In this document: positions 1 to 11,434 of the stretch, one piece after another | Position numbering within the stretch: position 1 is the first letter of the stretch | How the letters are laid out: the number at the start of each line of letters is the position of its first letter | Assembly: GCF_000400465.1 (NCBI RefSeq) | Contig: NW_008806288.1 | Coordinates: 1-32,000 of the forward strand | Direction of reading: 5' to 3' | DNA from: Wallemia ichthyophaga EXF-994 | Taxonomy: Eukaryota; Fungi; Basidiomycota | DNA length: 32,000 nt | Notes under the pieces: generated by a model | What the model was told of the DNA's origin: nothing | The model's database searches: none | What the model saw: only the letters and a program-made list of their open reading frames with translations | Made by a program: the position numbers and the translations under genes

Positions 1-195
1 GTGGCGAGAAGACTGCTTCATATCTGGAACAAAGCTAGAAAACGTAAAACAATATTTCTCAATGATTAACAACCCATCTCATACCCTCTCTAGTATCTCA
101 TGCTTCGTGAATTCCCCGTCTGTGATCACAAGATGAGGCCATCTTTGAATATTATCGGCGCACAATCCTTGAAGCCGAACCTCATGCTGTAACAA

Positions 196-3100
196 ATGCA
201 GAGAAAGGCATTAAAGAGATTTACAGTACTGGTACTGCCGCCGGTGCTTTCGTCCTTCATATGCTGTCTCTTTATTCTCATCAAGCCAATATCTCATTTC
301 TCTGGCGAACATTTCTCATTTCTGTCAGTCTCCAAGATGCTGAAGATAATCCACTCACACTTCTCAGCCTCTTTACTATCTTCAACCTCTTCTTCTACCC
401 CAATGGCTCGATCGGCTCGCAGATTGAACTCACCGGTGCGTAGCCGCATATTCACCTGATGTCTGGCTTACCAGATCACAGTACTCGGTTTTGTTTTTGG
501 CGTCGTAGGACTTGGTATCTCCAATCTCAGCATCTACTTTACCGTCCTAGTTAATAAGGAGACTATAGATCATACGTTTGCAAGAACTATACCCTGCGTT
601 ACGCTCACCTTGATAGCATTCGTGGCAGCTTATGCACGCTCGAAGCTGCCAAGGTTGATGGTCGCCAGTCGCACTATTCAATTCGTTGCGGCATGGAGTC
701 TGACGTCGAATCTGCGCGCGATAACGGCAAGTGGGGGTGATATTGCGAATTAATCCTCTTACAAGTTCTTCAGATGTCAGTGCGCACCTTTTTGGATCTC
801 TTCTGGCCGCTGCTGTGGGGCAGTTTGATTCCACTGATCGTCTGTATGATCTGCTTCCCGGTCAGCGCCCGTCAGCAGTTCTCCAAGCAAGTCATTCAGG
901 CTTTGAAAGATGCAGAGGAGGCTCAGGTGGCCTCGTACAAAGTTCTGTTCGCAACTAACGAGTTAGACTCATCACTCTCCGACCTCACACGATTGCGCGC
1001 TCAATACTTTAGAAACGCAAGAAGGCTGCCTAGTATGCTCGGTGAATGTCTTTTTGAGTTTAGTTACGACTTTGTTGGCGTCGATCGTATTGCCCCGTTT
1101 GTCGGTATAGTAGATAATCTCAGAGTTTCACTCGCCAACGGATCCAACGATCTGATTGACACATCTATGTACAACATGGATGAATCTCAGAAGGATATAC
1201 TCGGATTGAGTGACGACGCCGATGATGATTTGGTTTGCGTTGAGGATCTTAAGAAGATCATCACAGTTATGCATCAAACCATTCTCAACTCCCTCTCTCT
1301 GGTTAGAAGGACTCTGCGTACGGCTCTTATCGAAAAAAGTGCAAAACACGTCACCCTAGAGGACATAGATGTTCAGAAACAACTCCTTCAACAGGCAGCT
1401 ACGAATTGTCGCGGCGAAATGCATACAATCCTCATCAAGAACCTCGCTAATAATCCTCCACATCATAGTAGTCTGTTTAAGAAGCACCTATGTATGCTTT
1501 CATATTATTCAGTCACACTCTTCAAAATATCCTCAGATCTGGTGTTTGCTTTGACATGCGCATCTGAAGTGCTCGAAAATCGATTAAAGAATCGACGCAA
1601 AGTTCACATCCCACGCAACTTTTGGAGCTGGCTGAAAGCACCCTCCACAACCCTCACAGACTTTGGCTTGAAGCCTGACGGGAATGATGACTTTTTGTCA
1701 GCTGAGCAGAAGGAACAGCACAAACATCAACACACATTTGAGCAAGAAATGCAGCTACAGGCATATGCTACATACGCAATTCGTCGCTCGCACCTCAAGC
1801 AGACTGGTTTTAGTATCAAGTATTGGTTCTTGAACATCTGGGACGCGCCATCAGTTTTGGAATTTAGATTGAGAGTGTCGAGATACTTCCGCACTGTCAA
1901 AAGCTCTCGTCATTTGAGATTTGCATTGAAAAATGCAGCAGGTGTCGCTTTGCTATCAATACCAGGATTTCTGCCTTACGGTTCCAAAGGACAAACATGG
2001 TTCTTCGAAAATAAAGGAGTTTGGATGGTCATTTCGTATTTCTACGTTCTTGAACCATCTACGGGGGCCACATATAGAGTCGGATTATGGAGATTGACTG
2101 GTACTATTTTGGGTGCAGTATACGGATTCATTGTAAACATCATCACAGAAAACAATCCCTACGGTATAACTGTCTTGGTTACGGCAATATCCATACTGAT
2201 AGCGTGGTTGGTTCGTATGAGCAGCATACCAGGTGTTGGTACAGTCTTCGCTGTAACATTTCCTCCAATCATCTTCCCAGTAGTAAGTTGATTGGTTTTT
2301 TACTACCATTACTCACATTTCTTAAGTACCTCGACACAACACCCTTTGCATCATTCACGATTGCCTTGACTCGTGCGTATATGATAGCGATAGGTATTGT
2401 TGCAGCTATCCTCGTAAATTTGGTCTGGTGGCCATTTCATGCAAGAGAGGTGAGTGAATGTTTTTCATTAGCTTCAATCTAACGCAGTCAAAAAGAACTT
2501 CACATTGCAAGTATCTAAAGCCATCTCTGAAATCACGAAGCTGTATCTTGTTCTGTCAAGGCAGACACTTGGTGTTACGACTCTAGCAGAGAGCAGAGCA
2601 CAGTTTGACCTTACAGAAAAAAATGTGCAATCTGCCTTGAATGGCTGCGATACTCTTTTAGAGCCTCTGAGACTTGAGCTATCGGTCATACCTAAGCCAG
2701 TCACACTTTATAGAAAGATGATCACATCTCTTCAGCGCACTCACGATCTTATGATTTCTTTGAGATACATTAGAGAAAGAATACAGAAAGAGACACTTTT
2801 CGAAATCAGGGATCAGAGATTGAACTTTGTGAGTAGGGAAGAGTTTTACTTTATTCTGTTAACCAATTTCCAAGATAAATGCGCTCATTTTAGTCTTTTA
2901 TGCATCGACGCACGCATTCAGATCATCAACACCTCTTCCACAATTCTTACCCAGTTTACATATGGCATTGAGTGAAATGCTCGGTGCTATTGATGGTAAA
3001 CTAGTAGATATACTATCGGACGATGATTTTACGCTGAGAAGGCAACTGGCTGACTACAGGTTGCACTATGCCCTTTCTGAAGCTGAGATATTGCTTGGAT

Positions 3101-3910
3101 TAGTTACTTCAATGGAAGAAATGCTTTCGATAGCAAAGTCTCTCTTTGGGCAGACGAGTATCTTCGATGAGTCACCAGTCGATGAAGGAGAGAATATGGT
3201 AGGTTAAACATTATGAGATTGACTGAAATAACACTACTGCCCAGGAAACACTACCATTACACTCCATTGGGCACACAGGATGGTCATCAGGACCAACATC
3301 GCCAACGATAAACAGTCTTGCGTCACCAAAAAAACGGAAATTCAGCATAAAGCATAAAGAGGAATCGAATGATACTTATGCGAGAGAGAAACCCTCAGAT
3401 GCTTACATATTGAATTACAGTCCATCAAGTGCAGCATCATCACCAAAAAAGGATTCCTCATATATGTCAATATCAGAACTGGAAGGGAAAAACCTACCAC
3501 CTCGCTCAAACAGCAAGAAAGAAAATGCAGATAGTGTACAACTGGCGAAGGATGTACACAAAGTGCCCTCATCAACAATCGGGGATGCCTCATTGATGTC
3601 TTTGTCAGAGCTAGCAAATAAAAACCTACCACCTCGTTCACACAGCAAAAAGGCGAATATAGATGGGGTGCCGCTAGCAAAGGATGTTTTTGCAGGATCA
3701 TCGACGAGTGCATCTCCAGTCAAAGCGCAGCAGCCGCAAATGAACGTACATGATTATGTTTACGACAGCAATCATGACAACCAAGACTCATCGAGAACGT
3801 CAGCGAGAAATACATATAACGAATCACCAACATCATCCTCTACACAGTACAGAACGAGAACGCAAAGAAACGATAGTAGATCATCGAGTAATAGTAATAG
3901 CAAAATATAA
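196..3910 (+). CDS. FUSC/ArAE-family (aromatic acid exporter / fusaric acid resistance-like) multi-pass membrane protein with low-complexity C-terminal tail
   Basis: Phase-consistent model with 7 introns: 324-367, 436-481, 727-773 (GC-AG), 2283-2326, 2450-2495, 2829-2874, 3199-3244. It joins the 196, 261, 774, 2087, 2505, 2962 and 3410 ORFs. FUSC_2-like segment: LRFALKNAAGVALLSIPGF...GVWMVISYFYVLEPSTGATYRVGLWRLTGTILGAVYG. The start codon is the least certain part. Confidence 0.8.
3455..3700 (+). repeat. Two-copy 132-bp (44-aa) tandem duplication inside the exporter's C-terminal tail
   Basis: Unit 1 from 3455: SSYMSISELEGKNLPPRSNSKKENADSVQLAKDV. Unit 2 from 3587: ASLMSLSELANKNLPPRSHSKKANIDGVPLAKDV. 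Both share aaaaacctaccacctcg. Confidence 0.9.
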
Positions 3911-4014
3911 TCACATAAACTTATACCATAGTTATAATTATTAGTATCCATAAGTTCTTGTAGAAATCAGCAATGCATTATTTAAGACGTAATAACTTCT
4001 GAGATGACATATCA

Positions 4015-4674
4015 CTACTCGAAAGCACCCCATTGATCCGCTTCGTTGGTTTTCTCCCAAATGCCAAAGACAGAAGACACACCAGTCTGCTTGTCAAAAT
4101 GCTCTATCAAGCCCCAACTACCTCGATCTTTGATGAGATTGTCTTGAGATTTACGTAGATTAGATAGACCTTTGCGGGTATACTTCTTACGCTCAGGCTG
4201 TTCTAGACCGTACATGTTAACAGTAATTCCTTCTCGCTGTTTAAGCTGACAGTCTAGCGTGAGGATGAACGATACTGAGACAACGTGGGGACTCACATAC
4301 GCCCGCAAATCCCTGAATGTTCTGTCGATACCGCGTTCTCCAATGCCATCCAACAGACACGCTTTACCCGCCCACACCCATGGATTGAGTGCAGAGCTAA
4401 CATTATTGTCGATAAGCTCGTCTGAATCTGACTGGAAATCATCGATATGTCTCCAGCTGATGGAGCTTTTATTGAGATATGGGAGGGTGTTAAGGTGATT
4501 ATGTAAATCAATTAATGAACTTGGTAATTCTGCTGGTGGGAGTGAAGTGGAAGTGGTAGTGGATGATGACTGAGAAGGCGTCGACGAAGAGGTCGGATCT
4601 ACAAACCACCAATCCTGCTGCTGCTGTTTCCTTCGTAGTGTATGGCTAATTCCCCTGGTAAATATCCTGCTCAT
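4015..4674 (-). CDS. Probable mitochondrial protein, weakly resembling the RsfS (ribosome silencing factor) / ATP25 N-terminal domain
   Basis: ATG 4674 gives an Arg-rich, acid-free N-terminus (MSRIFTRGISHTLRRK). One in-frame intron 4246-4296 (GTGAGT..CAG). Segments GERGIDRTFRDLRAYLK, NMYGLE and GSWGLIE recall the RsfS pattern. The CDS is solid; the product call is tentative. Confidence 0.55.
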   Translation of the reverse strand: MSRIFTRGISHTLRRKQQQQDWWFVDPTSSSTPSQSSSTTTSTSLPPAELPSSLIDLHNHLNTLPYLNKSSISWRHIDDFQSDSDELIDNNVSSALNPWVWAGKACLLDGIGERGIDRTFRDLRAYVSPHVVSVSFILTLDCQLKQREGITVNMYGLEQPERKKYTRKGLSNLRKSQDNLIKDRGSWGLIEHFDKQTGVSSVFGIWEKTNEADQWGAFE

Positions 4675-4750
4675 GGGAGTTATCACTAAGAATGCGACTT
4701 GGATCTGTACCACAACCACCAACAAAAGATAATTTCTGAAATAAAATATA

Positions 4751-5567
4751 ATGGGATATGGTTATTATAGATATGCGTTAGGTGTAGTATCTACTATTTG
4801 GTTTCTCGCTTTGCTCTATCTCTTGCTCACTGGTGCGTGTCGATTGCATATGGATTGGGAACGTAGTAATGACACACAAGTCAGGTCAAGGAGAAGCTTT
4901 TGATATTGGATGGTTCTTGACTGAAACTTCTCCTTACATGTGGGCGTTGTTGGGCATAGGACTGTGTATCGGTTTATCCGTAGCAGGAGCTGGATGGTGA
5001 GTGCAGTTGATATAATGGCTTACAGCCCCTCACAAAAGACGCACAGGGGTATCTTTGTGACAGGATCATCGATATTGGGTGGTGGTGTGCGCACACCTCG
5101 TATACGCACAAAGAATCTGATTAGGTGGGTTTGTTTGATTATTACTATTATAATCATCGCGCCAACCACGCTAACCACTTTATAGCATCATTTTCTGTGA
5201 AGTTGTTGCAATTTATGGCGTTATCATGGCAATCGTCTATGCAGCCAAGATAAAGGGATTGCCTTCTGATGGAATTTACACACAATCAAACTATTATACC
5301 GGCTTCTCGTTGTTTTGGGGTGGATTGACAGTTGGCCTTTGCAACCTGCTATGCGGTGTCGCAGTTGGTATCAATGGCAGTAATGCAGCTTTAGCAGACG
5401 CTGCTGATCCAACACTATTCGTCAAGATACTCGTCATTGAAATCTTTAGTAGCATTATGGGATTGTTTGGATTGATTGGTGAGTTGGCTGTAGTTGGATC
5501 AACACAGTATTCTAATACACTCACAGTTGGGCTACTCATGTCTGGTAAAGCGGAGGAATTCAATTAA
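4751..5567 (+). CDS. VMA16: V-type ATPase proteolipid subunit c''
   Basis: Introns 4833-4884, 4997-5046, 5125-5185 and 5479-5526 give [63 protein letters not shown]...[26 protein letters not shown], with the N-terminal extra TM helix typical of c''. Confidence 0.95.
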
Positions 5568-5678
5568 ATGAACTAGATGAAAATGATGACCACCTTCCAA
5601 ATCCAGACTAAATTCATTTAATCGTTATTATTGTACTTGTGATATCATCTCTTATCCTCAACTTTCATTCACTGCAAT

Positions 5679-6174
5679 ATGCCTAAAGCTGCATCTGCAA
5701 AGCACAAATCATCTATCAAATCACATTTCAAGGCTGCAAAAGGAGCCACTGCCAAGACATTGAAATCTTCGCCATCCAAGCCATACAAACAAGAGACTGA
5801 TGTTGTAGAGATAAACGACCAAGAAGACTCAGATCTCAACGAAAATAGCAATGAGTGGAATAATCTTCACAGCTGGGCAATGCAGAGGATGGATTTCAAT
5901 GAGCCTCTGCATTCGACCAACAAAACCAAAGTTGACATAATACTGAGAGTGTTTGAGTAGGTTTCCACTTACGTCTTTCGAAAGTGCTAACATGACGTCC
6001 AGCAACTGCTACGAATACGGCCCTTGCGTTGGCCTCACAAGATTGGACAGATTTCACCGTGCACAAAGCTTGGATATGGATCCACCTGAGCAAATCAAGG
6101 ACATCTTGAGCACCACAAAGGCACATAATATACCAAGGATAAGAGAATGTATCTTTCATAACACCGACGTTTGA
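5679..6174 (+). CDS. POLD4: DNA polymerase delta subunit 4 (p12/Cdm1 family)
   Basis: Intron 5957-6002 (GTAGGT, CTAAC branch, CAG) gives ILRVFDNCYEYGPCVGLTRLDRFHRAQSLDMDPPEQIKDIL, the family signature. Confidence 0.9.
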
Positions 6175-6188
6175 TAACTTTGGTTTGC

Positions 6189-7241
6189 CTACTTGGTTCT
6201 ACCAAACACCTTATAAAGGAAGGAATAGTAAGCTTCCTTACGCATACCGGATTTCTCATCAACCTTTTCAATCAAGCTGACTATCCTATCGTGCGCTTCT
6301 TTCTCGTAAGATTTGAATTTGCTCTCAATCTCCATTTCAGAATACAAAGCCTTAATTCTGTCGGCTTGCTCTGGGTTTTTGCGTCCGTAGTTCTCGTCTA
6401 GTACTTTTCTTTGCTCTTTGTTTGCTAATTGTAATGCAATGCATACGCACCAGCTGCACTTGTTATCCTCAATATCTGTACCAATTTTACCAATCTGCTC
6501 TGGCTTGCCGAAAGCATCCAAATAATCATCCTGTACTTGGAAGTATTCACCAAGCGGAATGAGAACGTCGAGTGCGTTCTGATGAAGATTTTCATCACTC
6601 AGTCCACTCATGAACATAGCCAATGCAACAGGCAAGTAGAAGGAATAGAAAGCAGTCTTGTAAACAACAATGTAGTGATGTTTATCCAAGCTAAACTTGT
6701 CGAGATCAACCTTTTCTTCGTCCGCTGTGATAAGATCGACTAACTGACCCAACTCAGTCTTGAATGTGACATCGTGGAATAGTTCTAACAGGTTGACGTA
6801 GTAACTTTCCTTCTTAAAGTGAAGCTTGAGGATATGATAGATAGCAGCTTCGAGCATAAATGCATCGTTGATTGCGATGTTTCCAATTTGAGGTTGTCTG
6901 TACCAACATGGCTGACCTCTTCTAGTGATTGAGCCATCCATCATATCATCCGCGACCAAAAAGTATGCTTGTAAGAGCTCAACACACCAGCCGAGTATTG
7001 CAGCTCTTTCGTATTCCTCTTGGGATATCTTACCACCTTTTAGAATGGAGTAGGTATCAACAACACTCATACCTCTGTTCAATTTACCACCAGGAGTGTT
7101 GTATTGTAAGTTATCATCAAACCATTTGACTGCTTCACTAGGCATCTGATTCTCCTTCAAGTAATCCAGACACTCATTCGATATTTTACTAAACACCGCT
7201 TGGAACTTGTGCCTGGCTTGTTGCTTATCCTCTACTGACAT
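6189..7241 (-). CDS. ERG20: Farnesyl diphosphate synthase
   Basis: Intronless. GGKLNRG motif; first Asp-rich motif QAYFLVADDMMD with aromatic YF chain-length residues; YKTAFYSFYLP; second motif FQVQDDYLD; GKIGTDIEDNKCSW. Confidence 0.97.
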   Translation of the reverse strand: MSVEDKQQARHKFQAVFSKISNECLDYLKENQMPSEAVKWFDDNLQYNTPGGKLNRGMSVVDTYSILKGGKISQEEYERAAILGWCVELLQAYFLVADDMMDGSITRRGQPCWYRQPQIGNIAINDAFMLEAAIYHILKLHFKKESYYVNLLELFHDVTFKTELGQLVDLITADEEKVDLDKFSLDKHHYIVVYKTAFYSFYLPVALAMFMSGLSDENLHQNALDVLIPLGEYFQVQDDYLDAFGKPEQIGKIGTDIEDNKCSWCVCIALQLANKEQRKVLDENYGRKNPEQADRIKALYSEMEIESKFKSYEKEAHDRIVSLIEKVDEKSGMRKEAYYSFLYKVFGRTK

Positions 7242-7371
7242 ATTCAATTAGCGTTGAAAGAAGATCAGTTCACATTGCACAGACACGTAAAAAAATAAGT
7301 GCAAAATTGTAGAAATAAATTGCTGATATTTACATTTTAAACATAGACGAGTTGAAAGGACAGTGATTCAT

Positions 7372-9284
7372 CTAAAATCCTTCATTCTTCCAGTCGGATA
7401 TACGCTTATACAGCTCAGGGATAAGATCATCTACCTTGATCAAATCACCGTTTCCACCGCCTTCTTCTTTGCCCCTTTGCTCCTTGACTCTAACTTGCCC
7501 CTCGTTCCATTCGCGTGGTGCCAATAATAATCCGAATGGGATCTGTTCCTTATCGACAACTTCGAATTGTTTTGGTAATTTTGGTTTAGACTTGTAAAAG
7601 AATTCAGCCTTTAAAAGTGGTGAGAAGGGGTAACTTAGAAGAGAAACCATACACCCACCTTGATGTTGTTATCCCACAACTTTTTAGCAATTTGCATACG
7701 CTCTTTCAACAATCCATCACCAATCGCCATAACGTAAACTTCAGTCTGTTTGGCTCTCGATGCTTGTTGCTCTGATTGGATTCGTTGCATCAAGATAGAG
7801 AAGACTCTTTCAACACCAATGGACACACCAACGCAAGGAATTTGATCTTTGGCACCACCGCCGGCAAACATGCCAACAAGCTCATCGTATCTACCACCAG
7901 CAGCAATTGATCCAACACCAATTTGAGATTCATCGATTTCAGTTTCATGCTTTGATTCAGCATCCTTTGAACCTTTCTTTGTTCCCGTGTGTTTGACATC
8001 CTTTGGTTGTGTCTTTGTACCTGCAGGAGCAGCAGTCGCTGCAGGTGCGAGTGTAGGTGCTCTTGATCCTTCAACAACAGCTTCATAAATGACACCAGTG
8101 TAGTAATCCAAACCTCTAGCCAAACTCAAATCAAAGGAAAGTTGAGGGAGCACGCCGAAAATTTCCAAGTAGTTGAACAAAAGCTCCATCTCTTCAATAC
8201 CCTTCTTCGCACTATCGTTTGATTGCATCTTGGCATCTGCCTTGAGTTTCTCCAGGAGATCTCTACTACCGGACAACTTGACATATTCACCAATCCTATC
8301 GGCAACTTGACCTTCCAAGCCCTTCTCATCAGTCATCTCCTTCTTGACCTCTTCCCATGGGAGCTTATCGAGCTTGTCGACAGCAGATGATATGGTGCGG
8401 ATCTTGTCTTGTGGGACACCAGAGAGCTCAAAGATACCATCGAGGATCTTTCTGTGGTTAACCTTGATGGTGAAAGGACCAACGTTGAGATTAGTAAGAA
8501 TTTCAGAGAGAACTGTCAAAACCTCAGAGTCAGGGATCATTGGATCGAACGAGCCAGCAACATCGAAATCACACTGGTAGAATTCTCTCATTCTACCTTT
8601 TGTCATAGCAGGTTGATCTCTTCTGTAAACTTTTGCAATGTGGTAGCGCTTGATGGAAGGAGTAGAGTTGGCTGCCAAGTACCTAGCGAATGGGACGGTG
8701 AGATCGTATCTCAAGCTGCATAGTTCACCACCTTGATCTTGTAAATCGTAAATGAGCTTAGAGTCTTCACCATATTTACCGGCGAGAATTTCTTTGAGTT
8801 CAAAAACAGGAGTATCGATTGTAACACCGCCGTGTTTTTTGAAAACTTGAGTAATTGTACTGAAGATATGTTCTCTAACAGACATTTCAAGTGGTGACCA
8901 ATCTTTTGTACCTTTTGGAGTTTTAAGGTTATATTTTGGAGTGTTTGACTTTGTTTTGTTCTTGAGTGTACCACCCTCGGATTCTAAGCTTTTTTTCATG
9001 GATTTTTCAGTTTGTCTGATGTTACCTGAGGATTCAGATTTAACGTTTTGGGATTGTTCTTTGAGGTATTGCTCTTTAAGTTTCTCCTCTTCCAAGCTAC
9101 CATCGAGCTTCTTCTTCTGTTCAAGAGTTTTATTGATACTGCTATCAATTTCGAATCTCCTTTGTTCCTCAGAGCGTATATCAGGAGTGGCAGAGTGATC
9201 TAATTTGAGCTTATTGATCTTTGATTGCTGTACAGCGGCTTGAGCTCTTAAAGCGTCTGGAGCGATAGCTTTGTTATCCGACAT
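7372..9284 (-). CDS. HTS1: Histidyl-tRNA synthetase
   Basis: [77 protein letters not shown] and [10 protein letters not shown] motifs. Intron 7609-7658 joins the anticodon-binding exon. First ATG is 9284 (see finding on the upstream extension). Confidence 0.97.
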
Positions 9285-9397
9285 TGACCTCTGTAAATAA
9301 AAAATTAAATTTCTAAATATTCTTGTTATCTTGGATGAAGCCAGTGAGGCAGCCAGCAACCACGAGGACCGTTGTGACAAATAAAATTGAAAAATTA

Positions 9398-10626
9398 ATG
9401 GAAATAAATAAAAACAATTATAAGCCTTTAAATCTTAATAAGAAATTTTTATCAAACACGGCAACCAAATCTCCTTCTACTCCAACTCAGCCTAAGTTGC
9501 TTACGGGTAAAGTGAATCAACAATCCACGTGGAAGCAGTTAAATGAGTTGAAGCATTGGGATGAAATTGATGAGGAGGATGATCTGGTGCTAGTTGACCA
9601 GGCTGGTCATCAGCTTGGACACGTCGTTGAGCATGAGCAGAAGCAGCAGCAACACCAGCAATACCAGCCACAGCTACAACCACAGCTACAACGCCACTCA
9701 GATCAATCCGATGAAATGCACTCGGCTGCTATCAGAGCTAAACAGCGCAGACAGCTTGAGGAGAATGAAAGATTAGAAGCTCAACACAGAGCTCAAAAAA
9801 AGGCTTCCGAATTGGCTGATAGACTCGCTATCGAACAACAACTCACTCACCAACAAACAACTCTAGCTAAGCAACTACAATTATCCAGAGAAAGAGAAAG
9901 AGAAAGGTCTAATCACCCTTCTTCCCCTCAACCTCCACCAAAATCTATACTCACACGCAATCCAAATACTCCTGCCTACAATCCATGGACTGCTCGTATC
10001 GAGGCTAGGCAACAACTCCAGAATCAACCCGCTTCCCCTCCGCCATGGCGTAAACCAAAAGTGAAAGTACCTTGTTCTAATCCTAGTAAACCCCAACCAA
10101 TTACCACAAAGATACCCTTTTATCCACCTTCCTCTGCAACCAACTATAAATTTGATAAAATACGCGTGAAGTTACCTAAAACTGCTTATAGCAAGACTAT
10201 CAATACTTCTGATGGTACTAGTTATGTTAATCACAAAAATGTTGGTAGTCTTTCAATTATTTGAGCAACTAACCAATCTATAATCAGCAGATCGACGCAT
10301 TGGATGGTTTGATGGATAAGATTAAGTCCATGATGTCACCACAGCAAGTAGAAGAAGAGAAAGTGGCTCAATATTCACCCAAACAACCACCCGCACCCAC
10401 ACCCGCACCTGATGTACATGCTGTACCTGCACCTGCACCCCCTCAATCGAAAGAAAACACACAAAAAGAGTTCAACCCACCTTCCAAGCCGCGTTCAATG
10501 TATATTAACAACCAATCACGCAGACACTCCAATCAACTCAATTTGCCTTCTCAAAGGGAAGAATTCCTGAAAGCATCAACATCAGCACCACCTGATCCTT
10601 TGCATAAGTCATTATCATCTCAATAG
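9398..10626 (+). CDS. Low-complexity Q/P/R-rich protein with coiled-coil middle (weak resemblance to fungal BAT2/PRRC2-like proteins)
   Basis: Long ORF plus intron 10241-10287/10290 (GTTGGT, CTAAC branch, CAG) linking in phase 0 to the 10300 ORF. Motifs [33 protein letters not shown]. An in-frame upstream ATG at 9335 is an alternative start. Confidence 0.7.
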
Positions 10627-10747
10627 TTGTTTCGTTACGTCTTCTCAATCATTATATACCCTTAAACACTCAATATAAACACAAATCTCTACTATGTGAA
10701 ACTTTTCATCTTTTTTCTACTTAATCTTGTACAAGAAGTCTAGTAAT

Positions 10748-11363
10748 TCATAATGGCGTTGGTTTAGCACATTTGCGTTGTTCAGATTTATCAGTCTGAG
10801 GATCCTTCATTGTTTCCCAATTTACTGGTATCATTTGATTACCGTCTTCGGATGTAGCAAAGACCACACCGTATTCATTCTTCGCTGTGCTGAGATAGTA
10901 GTTACGTGCGTCACCCAAACTAATTACGACTGCCCTGACTATATCACCTGGACGTACGCAATTGTACATCTTTACTCGATCCTTATCAGTCTGCCTAACA
11001 TCCTGACTTCGAAGAATTCCTTGAAAGTTGCTATCCTGTGAGTTATTGGTGCATGGCACACCGTCTATGACATCCAAAGTCAAAGTGGCTTGCTTGCTAT
11101 TCAATCTGATTACCGTCGCCAATACCTCGCTATCTATTTCAGGCAATGGCTGTGAGTTTTTATGCGTACTTTCAACCCTCACGCTCTTGTTATTGTGTTA
11201 GATATAACCCGTCTTCTTCAAACTACCAACTCACATCATCAGTCTTCTGTAGTCTCCCAACGGTAGACGATATCAACTTATCACTCCTCGTATACACTCC
11301 CTCTGCCTGATTTATACTGTCCACTTTATCAGATACTGGCTGTCCCGGTAACACAATCATCAT
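10748..11363 (-). CDS. CSL4: Exosome complex S1-domain cap subunit Csl4
   Basis: IVLPGQP N-terminus. Intron 11186-11234. FQGILRSQDVRQTDKDRVKMYNCVRPGDIVRAVVISLGDARNYYLSTAKNEYGVVFA...RKCAKP. Confidence 0.93.
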
Positions 11364-11434
11364 GTTAGTAAAGCAAGGCGAATCAAAGAAATTAATCAAC
11401 GGTATATACATTCAAATTCAATCGAGCTTATTAA

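Noticed and set aside
1-190. Minus-strand intron-like segments (35-84, GTATGA..TAG; possibly 119-162) suggesting a divergent gene starting at ATG 185 or ATG 21
   Set aside because: The peptide (MRFGFKDYGEFTKHEILERLCSRYEAVFSP) is unrecognisable, ATG 185 would sit 10 bp from the exporter ATG, and the rest lies outside the window. It cannot be resolved here.
6189-7241. ERG20 as the anchor of a terpenoid secondary-metabolite cluster
   Set aside because: Neighbours are housekeeping genes. There is no terpene cyclase, P450 or cluster regulator nearby.
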